Both the position numbers and the translations under genes were made by a program. A stretch of DNA of 64,000 nt, taken from the NCBI GenBank assembly GCA_973895155.1, contig OZ316898.1, forward strand, positions 312,751-376,750, in the 5' to 3' direction. This document shows, piece by piece, positions 38,401 through 48,600 of the stretch. How positions within the stretch are numbered: position 1 is the first letter of the stretch; each line of letters begins with the position of its first letter. Source of the stretch: Marsupella aquatica. Lineage: Eukaryota; Plantae; Marchantiophyta. The notes beneath the pieces are model-generated. The model was not told where the DNA came from. It did not search any database and was given only the letters and a program-made list of their open reading frames with translations.

Positions 38401-41400
38401 ATGAACCAGCCCAACAACCGCCTGAGGCCGAAAACTCGAGACCGAGACATAAAAAGCGAGTCTCATGGGATCCGTCCATTCCGCAATTGGAGGAAGTAAA
38501 CCCCATCCCGAGACCAATCCCGGTCCCACCCATGTACGGAGGGGTTCGGTTAGCTGAGCTTGACGCGAGCCTGGACCCGAGTCTGCGAAACCAGGTTGAA
38601 GTCATCAGGAAGGAGCACTACCGGAAGTACACTATTGGGATGGACAAATCTTTTAACCTGGGCCACGCTTTGACGGGGAAGGCTGAAAAAGCCATCCAAG
38701 CTTTGCTCAAGGAATATGAAGATGTGTTTGCATGGAGTCATCATGATTTAACAGGCGTCTCCCCCGAGTTGGGAGAACACACAATCGATCTGAACCTAGG
38801 AGCCCATGCGGTACGACAGCGACAACGTCGCATGAATCCGAGGTACTCCATCTTAGTGAAGGAGGAAATTGATCGTCTCCTCGCCGCCGATATCATTTAC
38901 CCGGTAATGGCCAGCGACTGGGTCTCTCCCATTGTCATTGTACCAAAGAAGGGAGGTACGGATGGAAAACCTAAGATTCGTATCTGTCAGGACTACCGTA
39001 AGCTGAATGACGCAACCCGAAAAGACCATTACCCATTACCATTCACGGATATGGTTCTAGATATGGTGGCCCGAAATGAAATCTATACATTTCTTGACGG
39101 GTATTCAGGTTATAACCAAATCTGGATTCGTCTCGCGGATCAGCTCAAAACAACGTTCACTACGGAGTGGGGAACGTTCGCATTTCGGAGGATGCCTTTT
39201 GGTCTGTGTAACGCCCCGGCTATGTTTAAGCGCCTTATGATGAATATCTTCCACGATTTCCTACGGGAATTTTTGGAGATATTTATCGATGACTTTGCCA
39301 TCTTCGGAACCATTGCCATGCACCCCGAACACCTACGACGAACGTTGCAACGATGCCGAGATGTTAACCTCAAACTACATCCCGCCAAATGCTTCTTCGG
39401 GGTAGAGGAGGGGGTGTTACTCGGGCATCGTGTGTCCAAACGGGGCATTGAGGTGGACCAAGAGAAAGTTGCGGCCTGGATGGCGGTGGTGTTCCCCTTG
39501 GATCAAAAAGCAGTACGATCCTTCTTGGGCTGCGTAGGGTATTACCGCCGGTTCATTAAAGACTTTGCTAAAATTGCGTTGCCCTTAACTGAGATGATGA
39601 AGAAGGACGCAGCGGTCGAGGAAACACCCCGGAGACGGATTGCTTTTGAGGAACTCCGTAAACGACTCACCACCGCGCCTATCATGGTCACCCCAGACTG
39701 GAATAAGGAGTTCCACGTGTATGTCGATGTGTCAGGGTTCTGTATCGAATCCGTACTTAGTCAGCTAGATGAGGATGGACGTGATCACCCCATCTATTTC
39801 GCTAGCCGTCAACTATTTGCAGCCGAAAAGAATTATTCCCCCACTGATCGAGAAGCTTTGGGAATAATCTACTTGTGTAAAAAGTTCCGACACTATCTGC
39901 TAGGCTACAAGGTCATTTTCCACACGGATCATGATAGCCTGAAGTACATGGTCAACAAAGCGGATGTGACAGGACGGATAGCCCGGTGGGTGCTACTTCT
40001 CCAGGAATTTAATTACAAAGTTTGGGTTCGGCCAGGAAGGGTACACCTCAATGCCGATTTCTTTTCACGACTGGACGGCGTACCAGTCGATCAGCCAATT
40101 GATGATATTTTTCCGGATGAGGAGTTGTTCCACGTAGGGGAAGGGACACCAACGTGGTACGGCTCAATAATCACCTTCCTTTTAACGGGCCGCATCCCTG
40201 ACGGCATCAATCAGGAGGCCGCCGCTGTGTTTTTACGGAAAGCCGGGCCTTACGTCATGATACAGGGTCACCTACATAAGGAAGGTATTAACGGAAAGTT
40301 ACGACGCTGCTTAGAGTATAAGGAGACACTTATCGTGATACGGGCCCTGCATGAAGAAGAAGCTGGAGGCCATTTCGCGGCAGTTACGACAGCCCGAAAG
40401 ATTCTGGACTCGGGGTATTGGTGGCCTACGTTGCATCGGGATGTACAGCGCTTCATTAAGGGCTGTGACTTGTGTCAACGAGCGGGGGCCCCGAGGCGGG
40501 CTCATCATCACCCGCTCACATCTGTGCTTCCATTGGCACCATTCGAAAAATGGGGGATTGATTATATCGGACCGTTCACTCCCGTTACCCGAAGGCGAAG
40601 GTGCAGATACATCCTATTAGCTATTGATTACTCCACCAAATGGGTCGAAGCGCGGGCTACGGTAAAGGACGACGCCGCAACTAGTGCCAGATTCTTATAC
40701 GAACAGATTTTCACCCGATTCGGACCGCCCTTAGAATTGGTAAGCGACCGTGGAACCCACTTCCTCAATGACACCGTAGCCCAGCTTACGGAGCGTTACC
40801 TAGTCAAGCACCGCAAGACTACCCCATATCATCCTAAAGCCAACGGGATGGCGGAGAGAGCAAATGGTATCATTGGGAAGATCCTCAACAAAACTGTAGC
40901 TGCGCACAAAACGGATTGGGATGATAAGTTGTACGCGGCGGTGTACTCGTATAATCTAGCTTACAAAACTACTACGAGTCATAGCCCGTACTTTCTGGTA
41001 TTCGACCAACATTTGTTGGTGCCCGTCGAATTTGAAGTGCACACTCCACGGGTCAGCATTCGGGATCGCTTACCTGAATCTGAAAGTCTGTCAGACCGAG
41101 CTTATCAGATTGAAGCCTTGGAAGAAGCACGGCTACTGGCAGCTCGACACACCGTGAAGAAACAGACAACTTCAAAGAAGCAGCATGACAAAGGACTACG
41201 GAGGGTCGACGTCGTGGCAGGCGATCTAGTCCTTCTGTACGATAGTAGGTACATGCAGTTTCCAGGGAAGCTGCATACCCGGTGGTTGGGGCCCTTCCTT
41301 GTCAATCAGATCTACCGAAACGGATCTTTGGAGCTTGCGACGTATGCCGGCGATTTACTCCCCACGCGAATCAGCTACGATCGTGTAAAAAAGTACCACC

Positions 41401-41495
41401 ATCAAGATGACGACGCCGATAGCGATGTTCGCGAGGACGCTTCACAATTAAGCAGGGAGCTATGTGACGCCGCCGGTACGGCGGTTAATGAGTGA
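35493..41495 (+). CDS. Ty3/gypsy Gag-Pol polyprotein, copy 1 (2000 aa, single ORF)
   Basis: Capsid-like N-terminus and three CCHC knuckles (CSKC..H..C, CYNC..H..C, CQVC..H..C). Protease LVDGGA; RT RICQDYRKLN, RMPFGLCNAP, FIDD; RNase H; integrase HHCC, DDE and WLGPF. No chromodomain. The stop lies inside the next LTR. Confidence 0.97.
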   Translation: MPVTRSQAAYLRRLTSERESATTTSSDSSGSEDSQSSRRMNIPPGSSGSGSTGPAAVPPPSPPPPPPPMAAAPPVARAAQAPPQISQRSRFHYRPFKGRHGDDPDEWLDEFEATAKANGEDVIKLTVLPGVMRGEAHPWYNSLPPGTTWAQFQAALLQEFRAIGSEQRSLLKIGQLRMGKKESLRKFIQKFQKLAAKIRPRPGDALQLTWFLHGLPTNMQFWVRQNNPISMQAAIACAETYRESTYNSRRSQRARRRKGKYETFSDSDSESDDERKKKRKKKKKHHSTSSSSETESSSDSASSIGSSTSSSSGSDLESESQSKKKKRRVKKEGKIKPRARRTIPDPKAAEADKLNKITDRLKALSVHLAEKPVEKKKPSEIRAHAWCSKCFQSGHVVQECPRWKNRVHQVELDDVDNPGPESESTEYFFEDPPDSVYQISTVGPRNLAGRTAYPYPSNGRSFQVISNPSIPPKPGIWRSPVCYNCEKPGHFARECTEPRRQGDGRGTPLCQVCKTEAHSMANCPLVIAARTSAARPAQAGPVTSDAVVQMIAVEWQDDNTEWVNLVDVTEHPNPLDEAECYRVSTRAERKEEKTEEKRRKKQDTTPVQPAINIPPEKDDDYRRDDPKLFFPRIEELVKKQLEAYEAREYQKAIDKDIKAAETARRQEQEKQDKQEEAKQQPTKETKEDYDIKEDVKSCPVTATVGQLLQNNPQYRRQLRELLMGRRRRRLPRVGSADCNMICEDLGAPDILIEINNCTIKMVLVDGGAGVNIMTEETSVKLGYLTYQPTARAIRLANGARVLPLGTLTRVLTLVGGVEFYLNFLVMRPVRPSSYPVLLGRPWLYGGRVVTDWGKKELRFGEPTVRVSWAMDDYQGETPQGPEEYDSETSEEEELNMIELISSLSEEDVFGVEATRETHLLNYPRAAIESTPSTSTVGDEETHEQLVETEDTAPAKQGAVATPSISEPCNHEPAQQPPEAENSRPRHKKRVSWDPSIPQLEEVNPIPRPIPVPPMYGGVRLAELDASLDPSLRNQVEVIRKEHYRKYTIGMDKSFNLGHALTGKAEKAIQALLKEYEDVFAWSHHDLTGVSPELGEHTIDLNLGAHAVRQRQRRMNPRYSILVKEEIDRLLAADIIYPVMASDWVSPIVIVPKKGGTDGKPKIRICQDYRKLNDATRKDHYPLPFTDMVLDMVARNEIYTFLDGYSGYNQIWIRLADQLKTTFTTEWGTFAFRRMPFGLCNAPAMFKRLMMNIFHDFLREFLEIFIDDFAIFGTIAMHPEHLRRTLQRCRDVNLKLHPAKCFFGVEEGVLLGHRVSKRGIEVDQEKVAAWMAVVFPLDQKAVRSFLGCVGYYRRFIKDFAKIALPLTEMMKKDAAVEETPRRRIAFEELRKRLTTAPIMVTPDWNKEFHVYVDVSGFCIESVLSQLDEDGRDHPIYFASRQLFAAEKNYSPTDREALGIIYLCKKFRHYLLGYKVIFHTDHDSLKYMVNKADVTGRIARWVLLLQEFNYKVWVRPGRVHLNADFFSRLDGVPVDQPIDDIFPDEELFHVGEGTPTWYGSIITFLLTGRIPDGINQEAAAVFLRKAGPYVMIQGHLHKEGINGKLRRCLEYKETLIVIRALHEEEAGGHFAAVTTARKILDSGYWWPTLHRDVQRFIKGCDLCQRAGAPRRAHHHPLTSVLPLAPFEKWGIDYIGPFTPVTRRRRCRYILLAIDYSTKWVEARATVKDDAATSARFLYEQIFTRFGPPLELVSDRGTHFLNDTVAQLTERYLVKHRKTTPYHPKANGMAERANGIIGKILNKTVAAHKTDWDDKLYAAVYSYNLAYKTTTSHSPYFLVFDQHLLVPVEFEVHTPRVSIRDRLPESESLSDRAYQIEALEEARLLAARHTVKKQTTSKKQHDKGLRRVDVVAGDLVLLYDSRYMQFPGKLHTRWLGPFLVNQIYRNGSLELATYAGDLLPTRISYDRVKKYHHQDDDADSDVREDASQLSRELCDAAGTAVNE
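41449..41462 (+). promoter_or_regulatory. Polypurine tract of the gypsy element (second copy 51557-51570)
   Basis: TAAGCAGGGAGCTA immediately precedes the LTR start TGTGACG and lies within the pol coding sequence. Confidence 0.7.
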
Positions 41496-44400
41496 TTCAG
41501 TCTAACTGCGCTCGGCACGCGCGTTAGGTGGGTCTTAGGCCGCTATTATTAGCATAACGATAGTATTTAGATAATCATTAGGGGTAGGACATCATTAGGC
41601 AATAAGGGGGACTTCAGGTTCGGGCTGGCGGCGGGTCGCTATTCGCACACCCGGGTTATGAGCATGGAGGGGCCCCTCCCTCGGGTCCGTATAACGAACT
41701 TAAGGAAGCGGCCACTGACGCACGCTGACTCAGACCGGCGGAGTGGCCGGTACACCACAAGCGTGAGCGGTTCAACCTATGGGCGTCGAGGAGACGTCGG
41801 GGATCGACAAGCCCTCAAAGTATAAAAGGGGAGCCAACCCTTTGTAGTGCACCAGTCCATCAGTCCGCGCGCCAGCTTCGACCCCAGCTCTCTCGTTCTC
41901 TCTAGGTCGCCACTACTATCTCCTCTGAATGTCGCACACGATCCTCTCCAGCTCGGCCATTCGATTCTGGACGCAGTTCCTATCTACCGGAAGGCACTTG
42001 GCCGATTCATTGAAACACGCCAACCCGCGCCGATACGAGATCGAATGCGAATACGAGAGAGCCATCCGCCTAGCAGGACGACACCACTACGTCCTTAACT
42101 TTGACTACCCGTCTCAGAGCGAGCTTTACCGACCAGCTGAGGTATCTGGGTACTTCTTTGACAGAGACAAATATATCGGGTTCTGGGAAGCATTGCTTCG
42201 GCTTCCGGACGAGGTCTTCAATATCCCGGGTACAATCGACCTGCAGCGACATCACTTCGACCACATCCCTGCCCAGGTTCGGGCAGTCATTAACGGCGAG
42301 TCCAGTACCAACCGTTCGACAAGGGCGTCCGTACTCGCTTCGGAGAACTTCTACCAGCACTTACAGAGCTTCATGGGAACTCGGCCATCAACCAACATGA
42401 CCAACTCAGCCGGACTCGGACCCGTACCCGTACCCGTACCCGTGCCCATGCAACCTCAGCTTCAGCTTCAGCCTCAGCCGCAGCCTAGCCAAACCCCACC
42501 ACCTATCACCCAGCCAGCACAGGTACGCTCCGTCATCAACGCTGTGGATCTTAGCGATGACGACGAGGCTACCCCACCCTTGACCAGGCGGCCCAGAGGA
42601 ACAAGCGCTCGGGGGGCCGACACTATACCGTCCCCACCCCCTGCTCTGACCCCAGGAGCGGCCCCAGCAGACAACATGGTGACCGTGGCCGCCCCGGGCC
42701 CGTTACCAACCGCAGTGGCACTCCCCAGGCCCGATCGGGAGGATGGGGAAGTATCACCTTCCCCGAGTCAGTCACGGGGAAAGAAGAGAAAGGAATCCGC
42801 CAGTGCATCCGGGTTACCGTTAGCCACGGTAGCTGTAGCCAAGGTAATGATGCATCGCATGGGGGAAAACGTTCACAGCAACATCCTCCATCCCAAGCAT
42901 GCGGTGTACCTGAAGACTCAGGGATTTGAGCACCTCGCCTCTCTCCCCTGGAACACTTGCAGGTACTACGGGGAGGACATGACAGAATTCGTCAAGAATT
43001 ATGACGACGTACGTCAACAGACTCGGCTGCGGGGAAGGAATATGTCCCTCACAGAAGAACGGCTCAAGATGATCTTCGGGTTACCCGAAGGTGACCATCG
43101 AGTCGAATCACGGGCTCCCGGGGGCAAGGGGGCCAAGTACCAATCTTCAAGTTTTCCCTCAGAGGGATCAGTAGACAACGGGTTCGTGATGAGGACCTGC
43201 CTCATGCCCGAGATAGCTGAGCGGCTGGAGTTCCAGAGGTACGCTCTCCACTTGATGGAACCCCGGGGGGAGATCTCCGCCGCCCAGGTCATCCAGGTCG
43301 AGAACTATCGACCTAGGAAGTGGGCGTCGTACTTCGCTAAGAAATTCCATGAAGAGATGGAGCGGCGAAGGAAGACGCTGTACATTGACGGGAAGCCGTA
43401 TTTCGCTAGCCACATCGAAATCATTCTTGAGTGGTATGCCCGGTTTGATCGACGAACCCTTCCCCGCATCAACGTTACAAAGCTGGTCCCAGCTAGGTGG
43501 GTTTTTCCGGCATTGGAGAGACGACCCCAACCCGAGGCCCGAAGTCCAGTGGACACGCCAGCTTCACCCACCCCACCTCCACAAATAGCTGTAATCGTAA
43601 CCGAGGAGGCGTCGGAGGGGTTGGTCGTCGCAACCGTTGATGCGACCCAACTAGCCGGGCTAAGTACAGAAGTTGGTACGGCAGAGGTCTTACCCGAACC
43701 CGGGTCTCCCAAGGACCCGCCGGTGGCAATTCCGGAGAACCGGACATCGCTGCAGGAGGATACTCCGGCCCCTTCCAACGTTATGTCCCCAGGGCTGGAC
43801 GTCACTGCCCCGGCCCCTGCGCGTGTTGATGTCTGCCCGTGCCCAAATCCGGACAGACACAACTTGGACCACCCGGAACTCTTCGTACAGGGTACGTTTC
43901 TGAACGGGCTTCTGGGAGATTTCTCTCATCAAATTGCCCGGGATACCGGGGAGTTCATGGCTCGGAAGGTAGCCTGTTTCTTCAATCAGGAGTTGGTTGC
44001 CGCCGTAAAGGCAGGGCGGGCCCAGTCGGAGGCCCTTCAGAGGATAGAGCGGTACCGGGTGGAGTCCGTGTACCTAAAGAACGAAGTGGCGGCTCAAGAG
44101 GCTGAGCTTATGCAACTACGACCCAAGGTTGCAGCCGCCGATGAGTTGTTAGCAAAGGCATACGCTCTTACCGCCCTAGCTGAATAGGCCAAAGCTGGGA
44201 ACGAGGCCGAGATTACATGACTCCGGAACCAGATTGACAGTTTGAAGAAACAAGCTGTCACCTGGCAGAAAGACCTGGAGGAGGCCGAGGAGCGAGCCCA
44301 GCGGGACGCGACGGAGATAGCCACACTGCAGGCTGAGATGGCGCGGCTCCAAACCGAGGCCGAGAAGCAGGACCAGCTGGCGAGTAAACTGGCGAGCGAC

Positions 44401-45477
44401 GCCCAGCAGCTGGAGGAGGCATGTCAGGAGGCAGTAGAGGAGACGGACGCGGCGAGGCGAGAGAACGAATCTCTGCTGGACCAGGTCCAGCTCCTCAAAG
44501 CGGACAATGACAGGCTTCGAAGGCAGCGGGATGGCCGTTCCCATTCGGGCGGCTCTGGCAAGCGTGCCAGGCATTAGCGGCGGAGTATGAATAGATTAGG
44601 ATTAGAATTGGCTTGGTCAGGCTCTTGGGACAGGCACCTGCCTTAGGTACGGCAGCGCTGCCCTGCTGTCCAGCCTGCGTAGATTAGGATCTTCTAATAA
44701 GACACAGCTGTTTTCCGGCCTGACTGTCAGCTTAGTTAGGACCTTGGTCAGCGAATCTTCGGCGGGAGGACACCCCGTTCCTCGGCTCTTAGTATTTAGT
44801 GCACCCCTCGGTAGAGGCAAGGGGGGTTTTTTAGTTTCAGAGTCGGACATCCGCGGGACATGCGGGGAGTCCCGACCTCTGGGAATGATAGAGTACCAAG
44901 GGGAGGGGGTAGGACTAAGCTTGCCGGGCGAGTGCGGAGCCGGGCTCCGTTGTAGTGTGCACCCTTGGCCTTGAACCTGTGCATTCCAGGGCTGTCGTGT
45001 CAACTAAGTGTACGCATATGTTCCCTTTGTAGTAAAAATCCTTTCCCATCATTTTTCCTTCGTGTAAATCGAGATTGTATGCATGTGTGCGCATATGTGT
45101 GTGGGTTTCTCGTATATGGGTGGCAGCGCCGGGCCGAACGCACTACCCGAGACGTGCACAGGGTGCAGCCTACGGGTAAGTGGTTGCGAGCACGGGTTGA
45201 GGACCTGTATCATCGAATCCGGATCGAAGGCGGACAGCACGAAGGCTTAGAAGCCCTTAAGCCGGGGTCGATCCTGCTATCGACTAAGGTACGTTCCGGC
45301 GGCGGAACACAAACCATACCTAGGAGGTGTCCGTATTTAGCAGTATGCGCACTTAGCGCTAGTTTACGAGAATAAGGTGCATTACGTGCTTCCCTTCCTG
45401 CCCGAACCCTCAGATTTACGAGGGATGTGCCCGTCTAAGCTGAAGTCTGAGTTAAGGCCGAAGCCTACGACGTGACA
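41463..45477 (+). repeat. Gypsy LTR2 (shared middle LTR, chimeric)
   Basis: Preceded by a PPT and followed by a PBS; 4015 bp. Confidence 0.97.
41929..44577 (+). pseudogene. LTR-encoded ORF, copy 2 (752 aa open, then two stops)
   Basis: Stops TAG 44185 and TGA 44218 are shared with copy 1. Confidence 0.9.
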
Positions 45478-45600
45478 TAGCCTTTGTTTTGGCGCTAGAT
45501 GGAGGGGGCACTCTACATATCGTAGAGGGGAGACATGTGCATATTCACCTAGGCAGGATACATCAGGACGTAGTACTAACCATTGCATTTATATGAGTAA

Positions 45601-48600
45601 ATGCCCGTCACTCGTTCTCAAGCAGCTTACTTGAGGAGATTGACCAGCGAACGAGAAAGTGCAACCACAACAAGCTCCGACTCGTCGGGCTCGGAGGACT
45701 CGCAATCGTCCCGACGTATGAACATACCCCCGGGATCTTCGGAGTCCGGTTCGACCGGCCCTGCTGCGGTACCACCACCACCACCACCACCACCACCACC
45801 ACCTATGGCAGCCGCTCCACCGGTGGCCCGCGCTGCTCAGGCACCTCCACAAATATCGCAACGATCGCGATTTCATTATCGACCTTTCAAAGGGCGTCAT
45901 GGGGATGATCCGGATGAATGGTTGGATGAGTTTGAAGCCACTGCTAAAGCTAATGGGGAAGACGTCATTAAGCTAACCGTCCTCCCGGGAGTAATGCGGG
46001 GAGAAGCTCATCCATGGTACAACTCGTTACCACCCGGGACTACCTGGGCACAATTCCAAGCTGCATTGCTGCAGGAGTTTCGTGCCATTGGATCAGAACA
46101 GCGTTCTCTATTAAAGATTGGCCAGCTTCGCATGGGAAAAAAAGAGTCCCTGCGGAAGTTCATTCAGAAGTTTCAGAAACTTGCGGCCAAGATCCGGCCC
46201 AGGCCAGGAGACGCGCTCCAGCTTACATGGTTCCTTCATGGTTTGCCCACGAATATGCAATTCTGGGTACGCCAGAATAATCCAATTTCAATGCAGGCGG
46301 CCATAGCGTGCGCCGAAACTTACCGGGAGTCCACCTATAACTCCCGGCGGAGCCAGCGAGCACGCCGCAGGAAGGGTAAGTACGAAACCTTCAGTGACAG
46401 TGACTCCGAATCGGACGACGAGAGGAAGAAGAAACGGAAGAAGAAGAAGAAACATCATTCGACCTCGTCCAGCTCCGAGACGGAATCCAGTTCGGATTCA
46501 GCTTCAAGCATCGGATCCTCTACCTCCAGTTCATCAGGAAGTGACTTGGAGAGCGAAAGCCGGAGCAAAAAGAAGAAGAGACGAGTGAAGAAGGAGGGGA
46601 AGATTAAACCCCGGGCGCGAAGAACGATACCAGATCCAAAGGCTGCCGAAGCAGACAAGCTGAACAAAATCACGGATCGACTCAAAGCACTGTCAGTACA
46701 TCTTGCGGAGAAGCCGGTGGAGAAGAAGAAGCCATCTGAGATTCGAGCCCATGCGTGGTGTTCAAAGTGCTTCCAATCCGGCCATGTGGTGCAGGAATGC
46801 CCAAGGTGGAAGAACCGAGTTCACCAAGTAGAGCTGGATGATGTTGACAACCCGGGCCCCGAATCGGAGTCCACGGAGTATTTCTTTGAGGACCCTCCTG
46901 ATTCCGTGTACCAGATTTCAACGGTTGGTCCGCGTAATTTAGCGGGTAGAACTGCGTACCCCTACCCAAGTAATGGCCGGAGTTTCCAGGTTATCAGTAA
47001 CCCGAGCATCCCTCCTAAGCCAGGGATTTGGCGGTCCCCGGTTTGTTACAACTGTGAAAAGCCAGGACACTTTGCGAGGGAATGCACCGAACCAAGACGT
47101 CAGGGAGATGGCCGAGGCACCCCACTATGTCAAGTTTGCAAAACGGAGGCTCATTCCACGGCCAACTGTCCGTTGGTAATCGCTGCTCGAACGAGTGCGG
47201 CTAGACCGGCCCAGGCTGGACCAGTCACGAGCGATGCAGTCGTCCAAATGATTGCTGTAGAATGGCAAGATGACAACACCGAGTGGGTGAATCTGGTGGA
47301 CGTGGCGGAACACCCTAATCCATTGGATGAGGCCGAGTGCTACCGAGTGTCGACAAGGGCCGAACGGAAGGAAGAAAAGACGGAGGAGAAACGGAGGAAA
47401 AAGCAAGATACTACTCCAGTGCAGCCAGCGATAAATATACCCCCGGAAAAGGACGATGACTACCGACGGGACGACCCGAAGCTATTTTTCCCCCGCATCG
47501 AAGAATTGGTAAAGAAACAGCTGGAGGCTTACGAAGCTCGGGAATACCAGAAGGCAATCGATAAGGACATCAAAGTAGCCGAGACAGCCCGGCGTCAGGA
47601 GCAAGAAAAGCAAGATAAACAAGAGGAAGCCAAGCAGCAGCCAACGAAAGAAACAAAGGAGGACTATGATATTAAGGAGGACGTGAAGAGTTGCCCGGTT
47701 ACAGCGACGGTGGGGCAACTGCTGCAGAACAACCCACAGTACAGACGACAACTGAGGGAGTTGCTCATGGGTCGCCGAAGGAGAAGACTACCCCGAGTTG
47801 GGAGTGCAGACTGCAACATGATATGCGAGGACCTTGGAGCGCCGGACATCTTGATCGAAATTAATAACTGTACCATCAAGATGGTCCTTGTAGACGGAGG
47901 AGCGGGAGTCAACATCATGACTGAAGAAACGTCAGTCAAGTTAGGATACCTCACGTATCAACCCACGGCCCGAGCTATCAGATTAGCAAACGGGGCAAGG
48001 GTCCTCCCATTAGGCACGCTCACACGAGTGCTCACTCTGGTGGGAGGGGTAGAGTTCTATCTCAACTTCTTAGTCATGAGGCCGGTTCGTCCCTCCTCTT
48101 ATCCGGTTCTTCTGGGCAGGCCGTGGCTGTACGGTGGCCGTGTAGTCACGGATTGGGGAAAGAAGGAGCTACGGTTCGGGGAACCCACCGTACGGGTATC
48201 CTGGGCAATGGACGATTATCAGGGAGAAACCCCACAAGGACCCGAGGAATATGATTCGGAGACCTCGGAGGAAGAGGAACTCAATATGATCGAACTCATC
48301 TCGTCCCTATCCGAGGAAGATGTCTTCGGAGTTGAAGCAACCCGAGAAACACATCTCCTAAATTACCCGAGGGCTGCCATTGAGTCCACCCCAAGTACAT
48401 CTACTGTCGGGGATGAGGAAACGCACGAACAACTCGTCGAGACGGAGGACACGGCTCCAGCCAAGCAGGGAGCCGTGGCTACTCCTTCCATTTCAGAGCC
48501 TTGTAACCATGAACCAGCCCAACAACCGCCTGAGGCCGAAAACTCGAGACCGAGACATAAAAAGCGAGTCTCATGGGATCCGTCCATTCCGCAATTGGAG

